Program-made: the position numbers and the translations under genes
In this document: positions 11,592 to 22,268 of the stretch, one piece after another
How positions within the stretch are numbered: the stretch's first letter is position 1
Layout: each line of letters opens with the position of its first letter
Source: Sporopachydermia quercuum
Taxonomy: Eukaryota
Direction of reading: 5' to 3'
Length of the DNA: 64,000 nt
Assembly: GCA_001599295.1 (NCBI GenBank)
Contig: BCGN01000009.1
Span: 248,001 to 312,000, forward strand
The notes under the pieces: model-generated
What the model saw: only the letters and a program-made list of their open reading frames with translations
Databases searched by the model: none
Told to the model about the DNA's origin: nothing

Positions 11592-12627
11592 AAGCTATTC
11601 ACGCAATGAAACAAGAGAAATACCAAATAAATGAACAATAGAATAACGACGTTAATTATGCTTTATTTTTTTTTGGTTATTGCTTGACAAATTTATGAAA
11701 TATGGGATGAATGAGATACGTTGCAGTAACGAAGATGTATGTTTTGTAGATGTTGTTATGTAAGTCCATGGACTAGGAATAAGGCACTAATCGATTAGAA
11801 CATTATTAATATTTAAAAATGGAGATGAACAATTCAAACGAGATTCTTATGGCTTTAGATTGGGAAGAATGAAACAACAGATCTGCTTTGTTATAGATTT
11901 ATTTCATTAGTCATTGTACATGTAAACTATTATAATTTGAGAACTGCATGATGGAGCATAATAGTGCATATTATCACAGAAACATAAAGCGTTGCGTTTC
12001 ATGTTTTCTCCTGCTTTTCGAATGAAGATCAAAAGGGTTAAATAACTCTACATAAAGGAGGCCAAGAAATGCGCAGATGTTATATTGATTTATTGATTTA
12101 ATCTCAATCTTCTTGTCTTAGAAATAATTGCAAGGATTTTAATAATTCTCCAATTAAGTTCATTTTCCCTGCAAAATCTCTGCAAAAGAGACCCATCTCT
12201 ATCACAGAATATCTACTCATCTGCAAACTTAACTCCATTACAAGAGTTCCTGAAGTACTTCATAAGTTGTATGAATTGTTCTATTTCTGCTGAATATGCT
12301 CTATGTTCTGAAATACTAATCGAGATCACACAACTCAATAATACACCAAAAGAACTTCTAAACTACCTACCTAACCTAACTAATGCAAGGATATGTATCT
12401 ACTGCATAATTATGCAATGAAATTCTCACATGTATATTGTAGAATTCTTACACTTTTCTATGTTTCCACCCTTCTTTGCCTGTTTTAAGTATAGTACTTA
12501 TATCAATAAAAAGTGCAATGAGAACTCAATCTCCATTCCTTGAACCATCAAAGGTGGCCATAATACTCTCATAAATTATCCTGAAGCACTCCTCCTGTTT
12601 GTCCACGAACTTTTGTACATCAACAAA

Positions 12628-14745
12628 ATGGCCAACGTGTCAAACGTCAAAAACAAAGCTGCTGCTGAGCTGCAAATATCATATGAGCAAATCTTACAAG
12701 AAGCTTATGAAAGGAAAGAAACACCTTTGGAATTGAAGCAAAATTTAGCAGATTTAGAAGAATTAAAGGATACACAAGAAAGAGTACGTAGACAGTATGA
12801 AGGAGCTTTACGTCGTAATAGATTAGCTGTTGATCAATGGAAACGTTATGCTAGTTATGAACTATCATTCAAAGAGTATGCTAGAGCAAGATCTATCTTT
12901 GAAAGAGCATTGGAAAACAATCCCACAANTATTGAACTATGGATAAGTTACACGCGAGCAGAAATGAAAGCTGGAAATGTCAACCATGCTAGGAACTTGT
13001 TTGATCGGGCTGTAACAGTATTACCTAGAGTCAGTAAACTCTGGTATGAGTATGTTCGCATGGAACAGATATTACATAGCTATGGCAATTGCAGAAGAAT
13101 TTTTGAACGATGGATGGAGTGGAGACCAGATCCAGGAGCCTGGCTTGCTTATATTACGTTTGAGAAAAAATTAGGTGAGTACGAGAATGCTAGAAAGATA
13201 TTTCAAATGTTTACTATCGTGCATTCGCAAGACGTTGATGCCTGGCTTAAATGGGTTAAATTCGAAGATGAATATGGTTCTGCTGATAATGTTAGAGACG
13301 TGTTTATATTAGCTTCTGATGTTATGGCCGAACAATATGGAGAAGAGTATATAAATGAAAAACTCTTAGCAGAATGGGCACAATGGGAAATATGGCAGAA
13401 AGAATGGGAAAGAGCAAGAGCCATTTATAAGTTCGGTATCAATAATCTAAGAGCAGAAGGCAAACAGTTTTTACAACAAAAGTATACTGAATTTGAGAAG
13501 CAGTTTGGCGATAAAGATGGAATTGAAACTGTGGTTTTAGAGAAACGGAAACTCAGATATGAATCAGCTTTGGAGAAGGATCCTTATGATTATGACGGCT
13601 GGTTTTCATATTTAGATTTATTACAGGAATTATCTATATCATTGGCTGCAACAGCTGCTATTAGTTCCAATGTCTCTGCTGAAACAGTGAAAGCAGCTTT
13701 TGAAAAAGCCATTTCTTATGCTCCTATTGATAAATTGAATAAGTCTCCATGGAGAAGATACATATTTTTATGGATTAAATATGCATTTTGGTCCGAGCTC
13801 TCATTACAAGGTGAAGAACAAACTAGATCTATCTATCAGCGTGCATTAGAATTAATACCCCATAAAAAGTTCACTTTTGCCAAGCTTTGGATTTTGTTTG
13901 CAAAATTCGAAATACGATCTCATCGTTTGCCTCAAGCTAGGAAAATTCTAGGCCAAAGTATAGGAAAGTGTCCTAAGCCTAAGCTGTTCAANGCATACAT
14001 AGAAATTGAGTTAAAACTGAAGGAATTCGATAGATGTCGTATACTATACGAAAAGTACGTTTCTGCATATCCAACAATGCCTCAAGCATGGATTTCCTTC
14101 GCTGAATTAGAAGAGTCTCTCGGTGAAGACGACAGAGCGAAAGCAATATATTCATTGGCTATCCAGCAAGATTCAGAAATGCCTGAGCTCATTTGGGGTA
14201 AATATATTGAATTCTTGGTTGACATTAATTCTTATGATGCTGCACGTGACGCATACGAGCAGCTCGTAAAAAGATCAAGTCACGTAAAGACCTGGGTGTC
14301 TTACGCTTATTTTGAATTAGCGGTTCCGTCACGTGACCAAATTAAATCAATTGACACAAACAATGTTATTGATGATAGCAAAATAACACAGGCGCGAGAC
14401 GAGGAAGAAGAAATAGAGATAGAAGTAACAAATGAAGGTAAAGAGAGAACTCGAAACGTATTTAATAAAGCATTAGAGTATTTCAAACAGAATGGAAAAA
14501 AGGCAGAAAGAATTGTGCTGTTAGAATTCTGGAGAACATTTGAAAAAGACTATGGAGATGACGAGAGCTTGAAACAAGTGGAGAAGAAGTTCCCAACAAT
14601 GGTTACACGCAGAAGAACAGGGGAAGATGGATTGATTGAAGAGTATGAGGATTATATTTTCCCTAATGATGAAGAATCAAGAGGATTCTCTAAGTTTTTG
14701 GANAATGCAAAGAAATGGAAATTACAGCAAGCAGGAAAATCGTGA
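12628..14745 (+). CDS. CLF1: Crooked-neck HAT-repeat splicing factor (NTC subunit)
   Basis: VKNKAAAELQISYEQIL start, many HAT repeats (RARSIFERAL, NHARNLFDRAVTVLPRV, WRRYIFLWIKYA, IPHKKFTFAKLW). First ATG at 12628. Confidence 0.96.
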   Translation: MANVSNVKNKAAAELQISYEQILQEAYERKETPLELKQNLADLEELKDTQERVRRQYEGALRRNRLAVDQWKRYASYELSFKEYARARSIFERALENNPTXIELWISYTRAEMKAGNVNHARNLFDRAVTVLPRVSKLWYEYVRMEQILHSYGNCRRIFERWMEWRPDPGAWLAYITFEKKLGEYENARKIFQMFTIVHSQDVDAWLKWVKFEDEYGSADNVRDVFILASDVMAEQYGEEYINEKLLAEWAQWEIWQKEWERARAIYKFGINNLRAEGKQFLQQKYTEFEKQFGDKDGIETVVLEKRKLRYESALEKDPYDYDGWFSYLDLLQELSISLAATAAISSNVSAETVKAAFEKAISYAPIDKLNKSPWRRYIFLWIKYAFWSELSLQGEEQTRSIYQRALELIPHKKFTFAKLWILFAKFEIRSHRLPQARKILGQSIGKCPKPKLFXAYIEIELKLKEFDRCRILYEKYVSAYPTMPQAWISFAELEESLGEDDRAKAIYSLAIQQDSEMPELIWGKYIEFLVDINSYDAARDAYEQLVKRSSHVKTWVSYAYFELAVPSRDQIKSIDTNNVIDDSKITQARDEEEEIEIEVTNEGKERTRNVFNKALEYFKQNGKKAERIVLLEFWRTFEKDYGDDESLKQVEKKFPTMVTRRRTGEDGLIEEYEDYIFPNDEESRGFSKFLXNAKKWKLQQAGKS

Positions 14746-15424
14746 GATTATAATGAAGCTCAGAGTGTAATAGAAAGAAAGCTATTGCATATAATATATT
14801 TCTTCTCTTTTAATGTTTTTGTCACAACACGTTATAGCAAATGTTTATTTTCACGTTGGGAAAAGAGGAAAATAAGCAACCTGTTGGACAAAAACGGATT
14901 TGATTTCTGTGTGTTATCTCGTTATTCACTACATACTAATTTTGGTTGGTATCTGATTACGTGAGTGAGAGCAATGGTTACCACCAGACAAATTTCTACT
15001 GTTAATTCTTCTTTGAAGTGAAAACGGATTATCATTTCAAATCGTATTCCGTGCACAATCATTCATTCATGATACCCTTTACAGATAATATCTGTTGTAC
15101 TATACATACACCTATATATTATTTACAACATATTCAATATAATAAATGAATAAGAATAAGTCTCTTATGGCGCTTTTAGTAGAATTGTATTGTTGACTAC
15201 AAACGTCCTTCCATATTACTCACCTTAATATTACACGAGCATTCTTATATGCTATATTATCATAATTATAATTAGTATAATGAGATTCTTTATTTCCCAA
15301 CAACCTCCCATAACCATATAAAATATTTTAATCTTGTATCACAAGAACCAATAACTGTTGTGCCATAATTACAATCACGCATCATGTGCTCTAACATTTA
15401 TCATAAATATTCAACTACTATTCA

Positions 15425-17344
15425 TCATGGTGACTTCCTACTGTTTCCATTTGAACTGGTCCGAGAAGCAGGAGGAGGAGGGGGAACTTTTAAAGACTTG
15501 CTTATACCTGGTGGTGGTGCTAGTTTGGCACCAGGAGGAGGAGGAACTCCAGATGGTTTCAAGATATTGCTGGATGCACCTGGCGGGGCATTTTGTAGAC
15601 CTCCAGAGATTGCTTTTGCACCCGGAGGGGGCGGAGGATAAGAACCATAGTTATCAGCAGTAGTAAGTTGTCCGCTATAATGACCGAATGATGCAGAATG
15701 AGGATCACTGTGGTTGCCCGTNCTTGATGAACTGCTATATGAAGGATTACTGGAATAATTTCTAGGATTCGGATAGGAAGTTGAGTCACCAGAGACACCA
15801 GACCCACCAGACGGTGTGCGCGGTAATGATGCATCTCTTGAATATCCATTAGACTTCCGCCATGGTGGAGGTGCAGTTGAACTGTCAGAAGTACCATGCG
15901 ATGGTTGTTGACGCCATGGGGGAGGCGCAGTTGCGCTNTCAGAAGCACCATGTGATGGTTGTTGACGCCAAGGTGGGACAATAGTGCTATGGTTTTCATT
16001 TCTTGAATTATAATTTGAGTTGTTACTATTGGAGTAATTGTTAGTGTTCTTGGAGTGAGTATTNTTTCTCCAAGGGGGAATGGCTGAGGAGCTACCTGAA
16101 TTCGAATTTCCAAAAGAATCAGCACTGGAACCACCATGCGAATCTGATTTGTCTCTTTGTCTCCATGGAGGTATGGAGGAGGCAGTATTAGCTCCAGATT
16201 CGTCCGCTTGACCTTGTTGGATCATTAATGGCCTATCATCCGAAGGCATTGTTGAACTGCCACCATTCAACTCCGCCATCAATTGTTGATACTCTTGATC
16301 AGCAACAGAATTGAACTGTCCTTTACTTTGTGAGTATCCATCCGAACCAGAACCTCCATTTCTTGGATTCTCTTTACAATCACGAGCAAAATGTCCTGCG
16401 TTCCCACACACTCGGCATATAATTGATGTGGTATAATTTTGTTTCTGAGGACAATCGTATTTACGATGTCCGGTTTCTCCACAGTTTTGACACATAATTG
16501 CTTCATCCTCCCGTAAAGTTCCGTTCAAGGCTGCTAACTCCCTTAACTGTCCTCGCTTAAGATCATTTTGTCCTTCAGGGACCGACGCAGCAGTCTCAAT
16601 GATATTATTCACAAGCTTTGTAGCCTTGATGATCTTTTCTTCATCATCAGCAATAATCAAGCAGTGTAAATCCTCATCCATTGATGATTGGTGAGAAATG
16701 TCTGATCGTCCTTTACCTTCCTTTACTGAACCTTTACCTCTGACCGCAATTTTAGCCCCTGATTCTTGTTCCATCTTCTTGAGAGTATTTCCTCTTGGTC
16801 CGATAATTAGACCAATGAAATTGATCTCAGGATAGTCATTCACGGGTATATATATTTTTTCCTGCGTCTTGGTGGGCTTTTTATAATCATAAGGAGGCTT
16901 ATAACCAGGAATCAGATTCGTGGCTTTAGCGACCAGCTTATGTCGTTCATCTTCTAACTTCTTTCGTGCTCTATGCTCGCGTGTGTTGATCCGTTTGCCA
17001 TTAGCATCATATTGTGGTGGGGGAGATGGTGATCGTCTTCCTTGCCGAATTTTTTCAATGGATTCATACAAATCTTGATCGTTCAGGCGTAGTAGTCTGG
17101 AAATCTCGTCAATTCGGAGACTTATAGCATAAGCTTCGATTTGCTCCTGGGTCATATTCCCTGAAATACTAGCAATACTTGGGCCAGATTCTTCACTACG
17201 TTCATCGTTACTCCAACGAGATCTGCGAACCCGTTTTCTATCTGCTGGCGTAGCTCCTGATGGGACCGTTGGAGGGGGCGATCTGCCACGAGTACGTCGA
17301 CCTGGACCCAAAGGAATATTATTTGTTCCAGTTCTGCTCATCAT
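15425..17344 (-). CDS. MSL5: Branchpoint-binding protein BBP/SF1
   Basis: ULM RRSRW, RSPSPPPQYD..GKR.NTRE, KH-QUA2 (INFIGLIIGPRGNTLK...AVRGKGSVKEGK), two CCHC zinc knuckles, Pro-rich tail. Confidence 0.96.
   Translation of the reverse strand: MMSRTGTNNIPLGPGRRTRGRSPPPTVPSGATPADRKRVRRSRWSNDERSEESGPSIASISGNMTQEQIEAYAISLRIDEISRLLRLNDQDLYESIEKIRQGRRSPSPPPQYDANGKRINTREHRARKKLEDERHKLVAKATNLIPGYKPPYDYKKPTKTQEKIYIPVNDYPEINFIGLIIGPRGNTLKKMEQESGAKIAVRGKGSVKEGKGRSDISHQSSMDEDLHCLIIADDEEKIIKATKLVNNIIETAASVPEGQNDLKRGQLRELAALNGTLREDEAIMCQNCGETGHRKYDCPQKQNYTTSIICRVCGNAGHFARDCKENPRNGGSGSDGYSQSKGQFNSVADQEYQQLMAELNGGSSTMPSDDRPLMIQQGQADESGANTASSIPPWRQRDKSDSHGGSSADSFGNSNSGSSSAIPPWRXNTHSKNTNNYSNSNNSNYNSRNENHSTIVPPWRQQPSHGASXSATAPPPWRQQPSHGTSDSSTAPPPWRKSNGYSRDASLPRTPSGGSGVSGDSTSYPNPRNYSSNPSYSSSSXTGNHSDPHSASFGHYSGQLTTADNYGSYPPPPPGAKAISGGLQNAPPGASSNILKPSGVPPPPGAKLAPPPGISKSLKVPPPPPASRTSSNGNSRKSP
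15858..15976 (-). repeat. 54-nt coding tandem repeat (PPWRQQPSHGxSxSxTAP) x2.2 in MSL5
   Basis: cgcca(t/a)gg anchors at 15858, 15912 and 15966 with near-identical sequence between them. Confidence 0.9.
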
Positions 17345-18785
17345 TTATTAGAATAGATACAGTCCAAAAAGCATTGATTACAGCATCTAACTTAACTCTA
17401 ATGCTTTGGATACATATNATATATTTGTTTGTTTATTTAATAAGAATATATCACCAGGTTATGGTGCGTTTGTTAGTTGTTTCTTTTGTACAAGTTTCTT
17501 CACATAAGAGAAAAGTAAAGGTTATGGGATGTCTTATAACAGGGGTCCATACGTTACAAAAGTACACCCTTACCACTTCTCGTCCCATAAAAGGGGTGCG
17601 GGGATTAGAAAATTTATTGATTAAGTGAGCATAAACATAAAAGATATGTATCGACACCAGGGCTAAGGAATAATCCGGGATGATTGGAAGAGAAAGGCTA
17701 ATGAAATGGGATAAAATTACCGAAGATAAATTGGGTGAGATATTTACATAGTGGAAGGAAACGTTTAATTTGGCTTTAGAAATTAAGCGTTAATTGCCGA
17801 AATGTGGAGGAAGCACTTAGCCTTCCTTGAGCTCCAGTTATCCGAGTAGTTGAAGATCAATAATTGCTAAATAAGAGTTAGGAGAATCAATAGAGACTAC
17901 AAGATTATGCAAGCAAAGAGAAAAGCCCACTATAAGGAATAATATAGATTCAAATAAATTGACAGTTTTCCTTTATTTTACTTTATCGTTATTGGTAAAG
18001 AGCTTTGATCGTTCCAGTTGACTAGCATCTTGTTCAGTATTTTCACCGCTCTTGTATCTATTGCATGCATGATCATGCATTACATTCACATTTATGCAGT
18101 ACTTCATCTTCCAATAATCATCAGTGTATTATTCGTTGGATTTACAGAGGAAGAACCTATAATGGATTATAACATNAATACACTGTGGATCAACCGCAAT
18201 AAACAATTAATAATACAAAAAAAAGTAGTAACATAATCAAGTATAACCAATTAGTTTAAGCTCGCATGTTCTTTCTGTTAGAAACATCATCTTTATTGTT
18301 TTCCACTACAGACTAACCATAATGTCCTACCCACTTAGTTTCTCCGGCGAAGCACTATTGATAGCAAGTGTTCCTGATAGTCAACACTTAATATAAATCA
18401 TTCCCTATATACGTTCACAGGGCGAAAATGAATAAAAAAAAGCTAACTATANAGTCAAATAATCCATTATTTTTATATATCCATTAATAATACACTAATA
18501 AATCAATATTAATTGTTCTTTTTTCTTTGCTTGTTTCCCTACAGTACTTAAAATCCAGTTTGTGTATGATTGATTTGTTTACAGTTTTTTCACATACAAA
18601 AACCAAGTGCCAAATTAGCTTTGCTCGCACAGAATTAAACTTGGTGCTTAACAATGCACTTCTTTTCTTCCTATATAACTGGTAATGAGAGATGGATAAA
18701 AACGAAGGCGGGCAATGAAAGAATAAAAGAAAAGAAATAGCAACGGAATAGATTTAAAATTGAAGGAATAACAACATTATAAAAA

Positions 18786-19309
18786 ATGGTTTCTGGTTAT
18801 GGATACAAGGGAGGTCCCAGTCGTTGCTTTGGTGGTAAGTTTATTGAAGATGGCCTGACCAAGGAAACAAACGAGAAGAGGAAGTAGACAAAAGCCTGGA
18901 TACTATAAGGAAGCTGTATCACTGAAGATAGAAGAAGGCGACACCCTTATTATCATTCGAGATGGTGGATTGTTGAATATCTTGAGGAAGGAATTGATCA
19001 TAACTACATCATAGATTCGTTTGTTTCCTTTAATCCGAATAGTGTATGAACACGTTGAACTATTATTAACATTTTATAGAATGGCAACGGTACCTGGATT
19101 GTTACACAGCAGCAGCTACTCGTCAACCATCAGAATGCCTTCCAAACTTAGAAGACTACTTTGAGTGTTTGCATCATATGAAAGAAAGAAAGCGAGTTGA
19201 AACTATACAAGGTGAGATGAAGAAGGCCCAACTCGATGGATCAGATTCATTTACCTTAAAAAAGTCAACTCCTGTTGAAGGTTTGGGATTGGCCCCAAAG
19301 GAAGCATAA
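18786..19309 (+). CDS. NDUFS5: Complex I accessory subunit NDUFS5/NIPM (twin CX9C), 2 exons, 92 aa (absent from ORF track)
   Basis: Exons 18786-18834 and 19080-19309; intron GTAAGT...TATTAAC...TAG. Product MVSGYGYKGGPSRCFGEWQRYLDCYTAAATRQPSECLPNLEDYFECLHHMKERKR..., with two CX9C motifs and the fungal SG(Y/F)G..GG.SRCF / EDY.ECLHH signature. Confidence 0.92.
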
Positions 19310-20194
19310 ATAATGAGGTAATGTAAGGTTAGAAGCGAAAGAAGAAGGGATGAAAATTCAAAAGAAAAGAAAAGAAAAAGAAGAAGAAAAAAAAGTAACG
19401 AGAGCATTCGAAAAGGTTGAAGGTGGAATGTTAATGAAGTTGATACAGAAAAGAAATTGTCCGNGCTTCTANAACGAAGGAAGGTTTTCATGATTTTGGC
19501 TCTGGTATTGACCAAGGAGATTTATTTATTTTTTGGCATTACAAAGCAGATCACTATGTTGCATAATACAAATCGGTTTTATTTTATTGGTATTTGTCTC
19601 ACATCTTAGACTGTCTTTCATTAGCAAGGAAGTTTTTATGTTTGGTTATATAATAGTATTAGTATTTATTATTAGAATCATATTGGTTCTTATTCATTTT
19701 ACTCTTCAAAACCTCTTTCATTTTCGTTCATTATTAATCTGGGTTTGAATCTGTTGAATGAGTGGTACCATTATGCTATTATAGTCATGTCATCGTGACT
19801 TTTACAATAACTTCTTGAGTTGCACTTGGATGGCAGTTGGCAGGGCAAATTACATATATTTGTTTATTGATTCGATTGTTCTCTGCTTTGCTTTGCTTGG
19901 ATACTACATTGTACTACATTGTGTTCGATCAATTTCCTTTCCGCATTGGATGAGCTTAAGGTTTATCTGGATTAGCTTGCAGCGATCGCCAATTCCTGGT
20001 ATTTATTTATTCACTTGTTTATTTATTATTTATTATTCGTTTNTTTATTTTTATATTGTGGTGAATATGTAATGGGTCAACGTATTAAAGTAGCTTCGGA
20101 AAAAACAATTCTTATTAGAAGCTGGAGAAACCTACTATCCGAATTGGTCATTCATAGGTGAGTCTCCCCGAATATTGTAGGATATGATGTGCAA

Positions 20195-20458
20195 CACAAC
20201 GAATGCATCTTTGACGGTATTATCACTTGCCAGATAAAGAAGCACAAGAGAAAGTGTGTGTGATACTCCTCTTTGTTATTTGTGATTCACTCGTTCTCAT
20301 GTTGATAGCACTCCCGAACGAGCGTTTTTATTTATCCATAAACGTCGAGCATTCTATGTATGGTTGTGAGGTCTTCTGTACTCAGCCACTTTTCTTTCCT
20401 TCCCAGTCTTTGTGGCGCAGTGTATGATGAACAGATTACTTAATCGAAATACTGTTCA
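20195..20458 (+). ncRNA. Candidate structured non-coding RNA (family not identified)
   Basis: Nested complementary stems CACAAC/GTTGTG and GAATGC/GCATTC enclose four hairpins, followed by a further hairpin ending at ACA. No ORF homology recognised. Strand uncertain. Confidence 0.3.
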
Positions 20459-22268
20459 CTATCACATAATCATATAAATGTTAGTTAAGAATTATGTACG
20501 ATATGTTAACATTACGTCTCAACTTGTNGTACTCAGTGACATAACTATAGCATCTATCTCTACACGAGAAATAAAACTAGACTATAACAGCATAAAGTCA
20601 GACCACTTTTAACGGACATTAAGGTCTTAATTGTCACAAGTTAATTCAGAAAAATCATGTCATTAATATCTCTCGAACCTCAACATGAAACAGATGTCTA
20701 ATTGTAGACTTGGCAAATGCTTATTAAAAGAACTAAATATTTCCCTTTTCAGGTACCCGAAAATGTCAATTCAATGGTTCAAAATATGAGTTTTCGGTGA
20801 TTGAATAAATGAATAAATAAGAAATTTTACAATCACTAGCAAATGTTGAGTGCCTCAAAGGTTTGAAGGAGAATATATGAAAGGAGTATTGCCAGTTGGT
20901 TAGTTATGTGGCTTATGCATTTTGTCATAACTACTNTATTTTGGAGCTAGTGATCATACATTTTGAAGATTGTTTGACTACTGTTTACTGGATTTGTAAG
21001 CTGAACAATGATTTCAAGAAGATGATATAAATACTGAGATACCGAGTACTCGAACTGGACATTCTGTTGATTGAATTGACGGTTTCTCTCGTATTAAATA
21101 ATTAACATTGTGTTCTTGTTTATAGTATGTGAAAGAATTGTTTCGTAGTTTTTATGTCACACAACAAATGTCACTGATCATGGTTTACGATTAAGATGTA
21201 GAAATCAGCCTTATAGCAGCTGGAGACATTTCTCGGACTATCTATCCATAAAAACTTGAAACTATAGATCTTATAATTAAAACCAGTATTACATCAACTG
21301 GCATACTCTAAATATTCAACTTTAGAAATTATATAATTAGACACTCAATTCCAGTTTGCCGTCTCATATATTTACAGCTTGACACATATTTCATTGTTCT
21401 TCGAGACTAGGTTGTCACCTCTATACGGACAGTTTGTCTTCCCCCATTGTCGCACAGTACTATAATCATAGCTATATGTCCTTTTGTCATACCTCATGAA
21501 AGTCACACCTAAATTATTTTTTTGTTCTTCCTTCAAATGGAAATTCCAGTAGTTCATAATACTCGTTATTTGAGCTTCTACTGCAACAATGTATCAATCC
21601 TTANTTCACTTACATTTGATGTTTGATACATGCACAGTAATAAACTCCTCATATATTAACGATAGAATTTCTGAATTGGTTGCTACAAGTCCTTTTGGAG
21701 TCGATCATTGAAAACCATTAAAACATTCCTAACTAGTAAGTAAATATCTCTCAGAAAGCTTCTGTAGTTGTCAGAGCACAAAATATACTTGATTGTATTA
21801 CAACGATTCTTAGTATACAATCATTATTGTTGGTCACCACAATACCAATATCATGCACTGATAACTAATAATATATAGGGCTTTCAGTTGAGGTATCGTC
21901 AACAACAAACTCTTTTAACTTTTCTTCAGTGCAACAGAAGGCAGGATTGACCTTGAAGTGAAGAATAACTATCAGAGACTATTAGATAACAATAACCAGA
22001 AGGTCATTTTGAACAACGCTTTATTGCAATTAAAGAAATCATTAATTGGTCAGCCTTTTAGACGATTGAATTAACTGATTAATTCACGTAAACTTTTTGT
22101 CTAACACGGTAGATATTTTATCGTGTGAAGTATCTTAATACTGTGACTCGTCATATCTGTGACTTAATCACCTTCAAAGAGAATAATAAAATTTCAACAA
22201 ATCTGCTTACATAGTTTACATCTAAGCACCCTTTTTTTCACAACTCTCTTACTAAATCTACATACACA

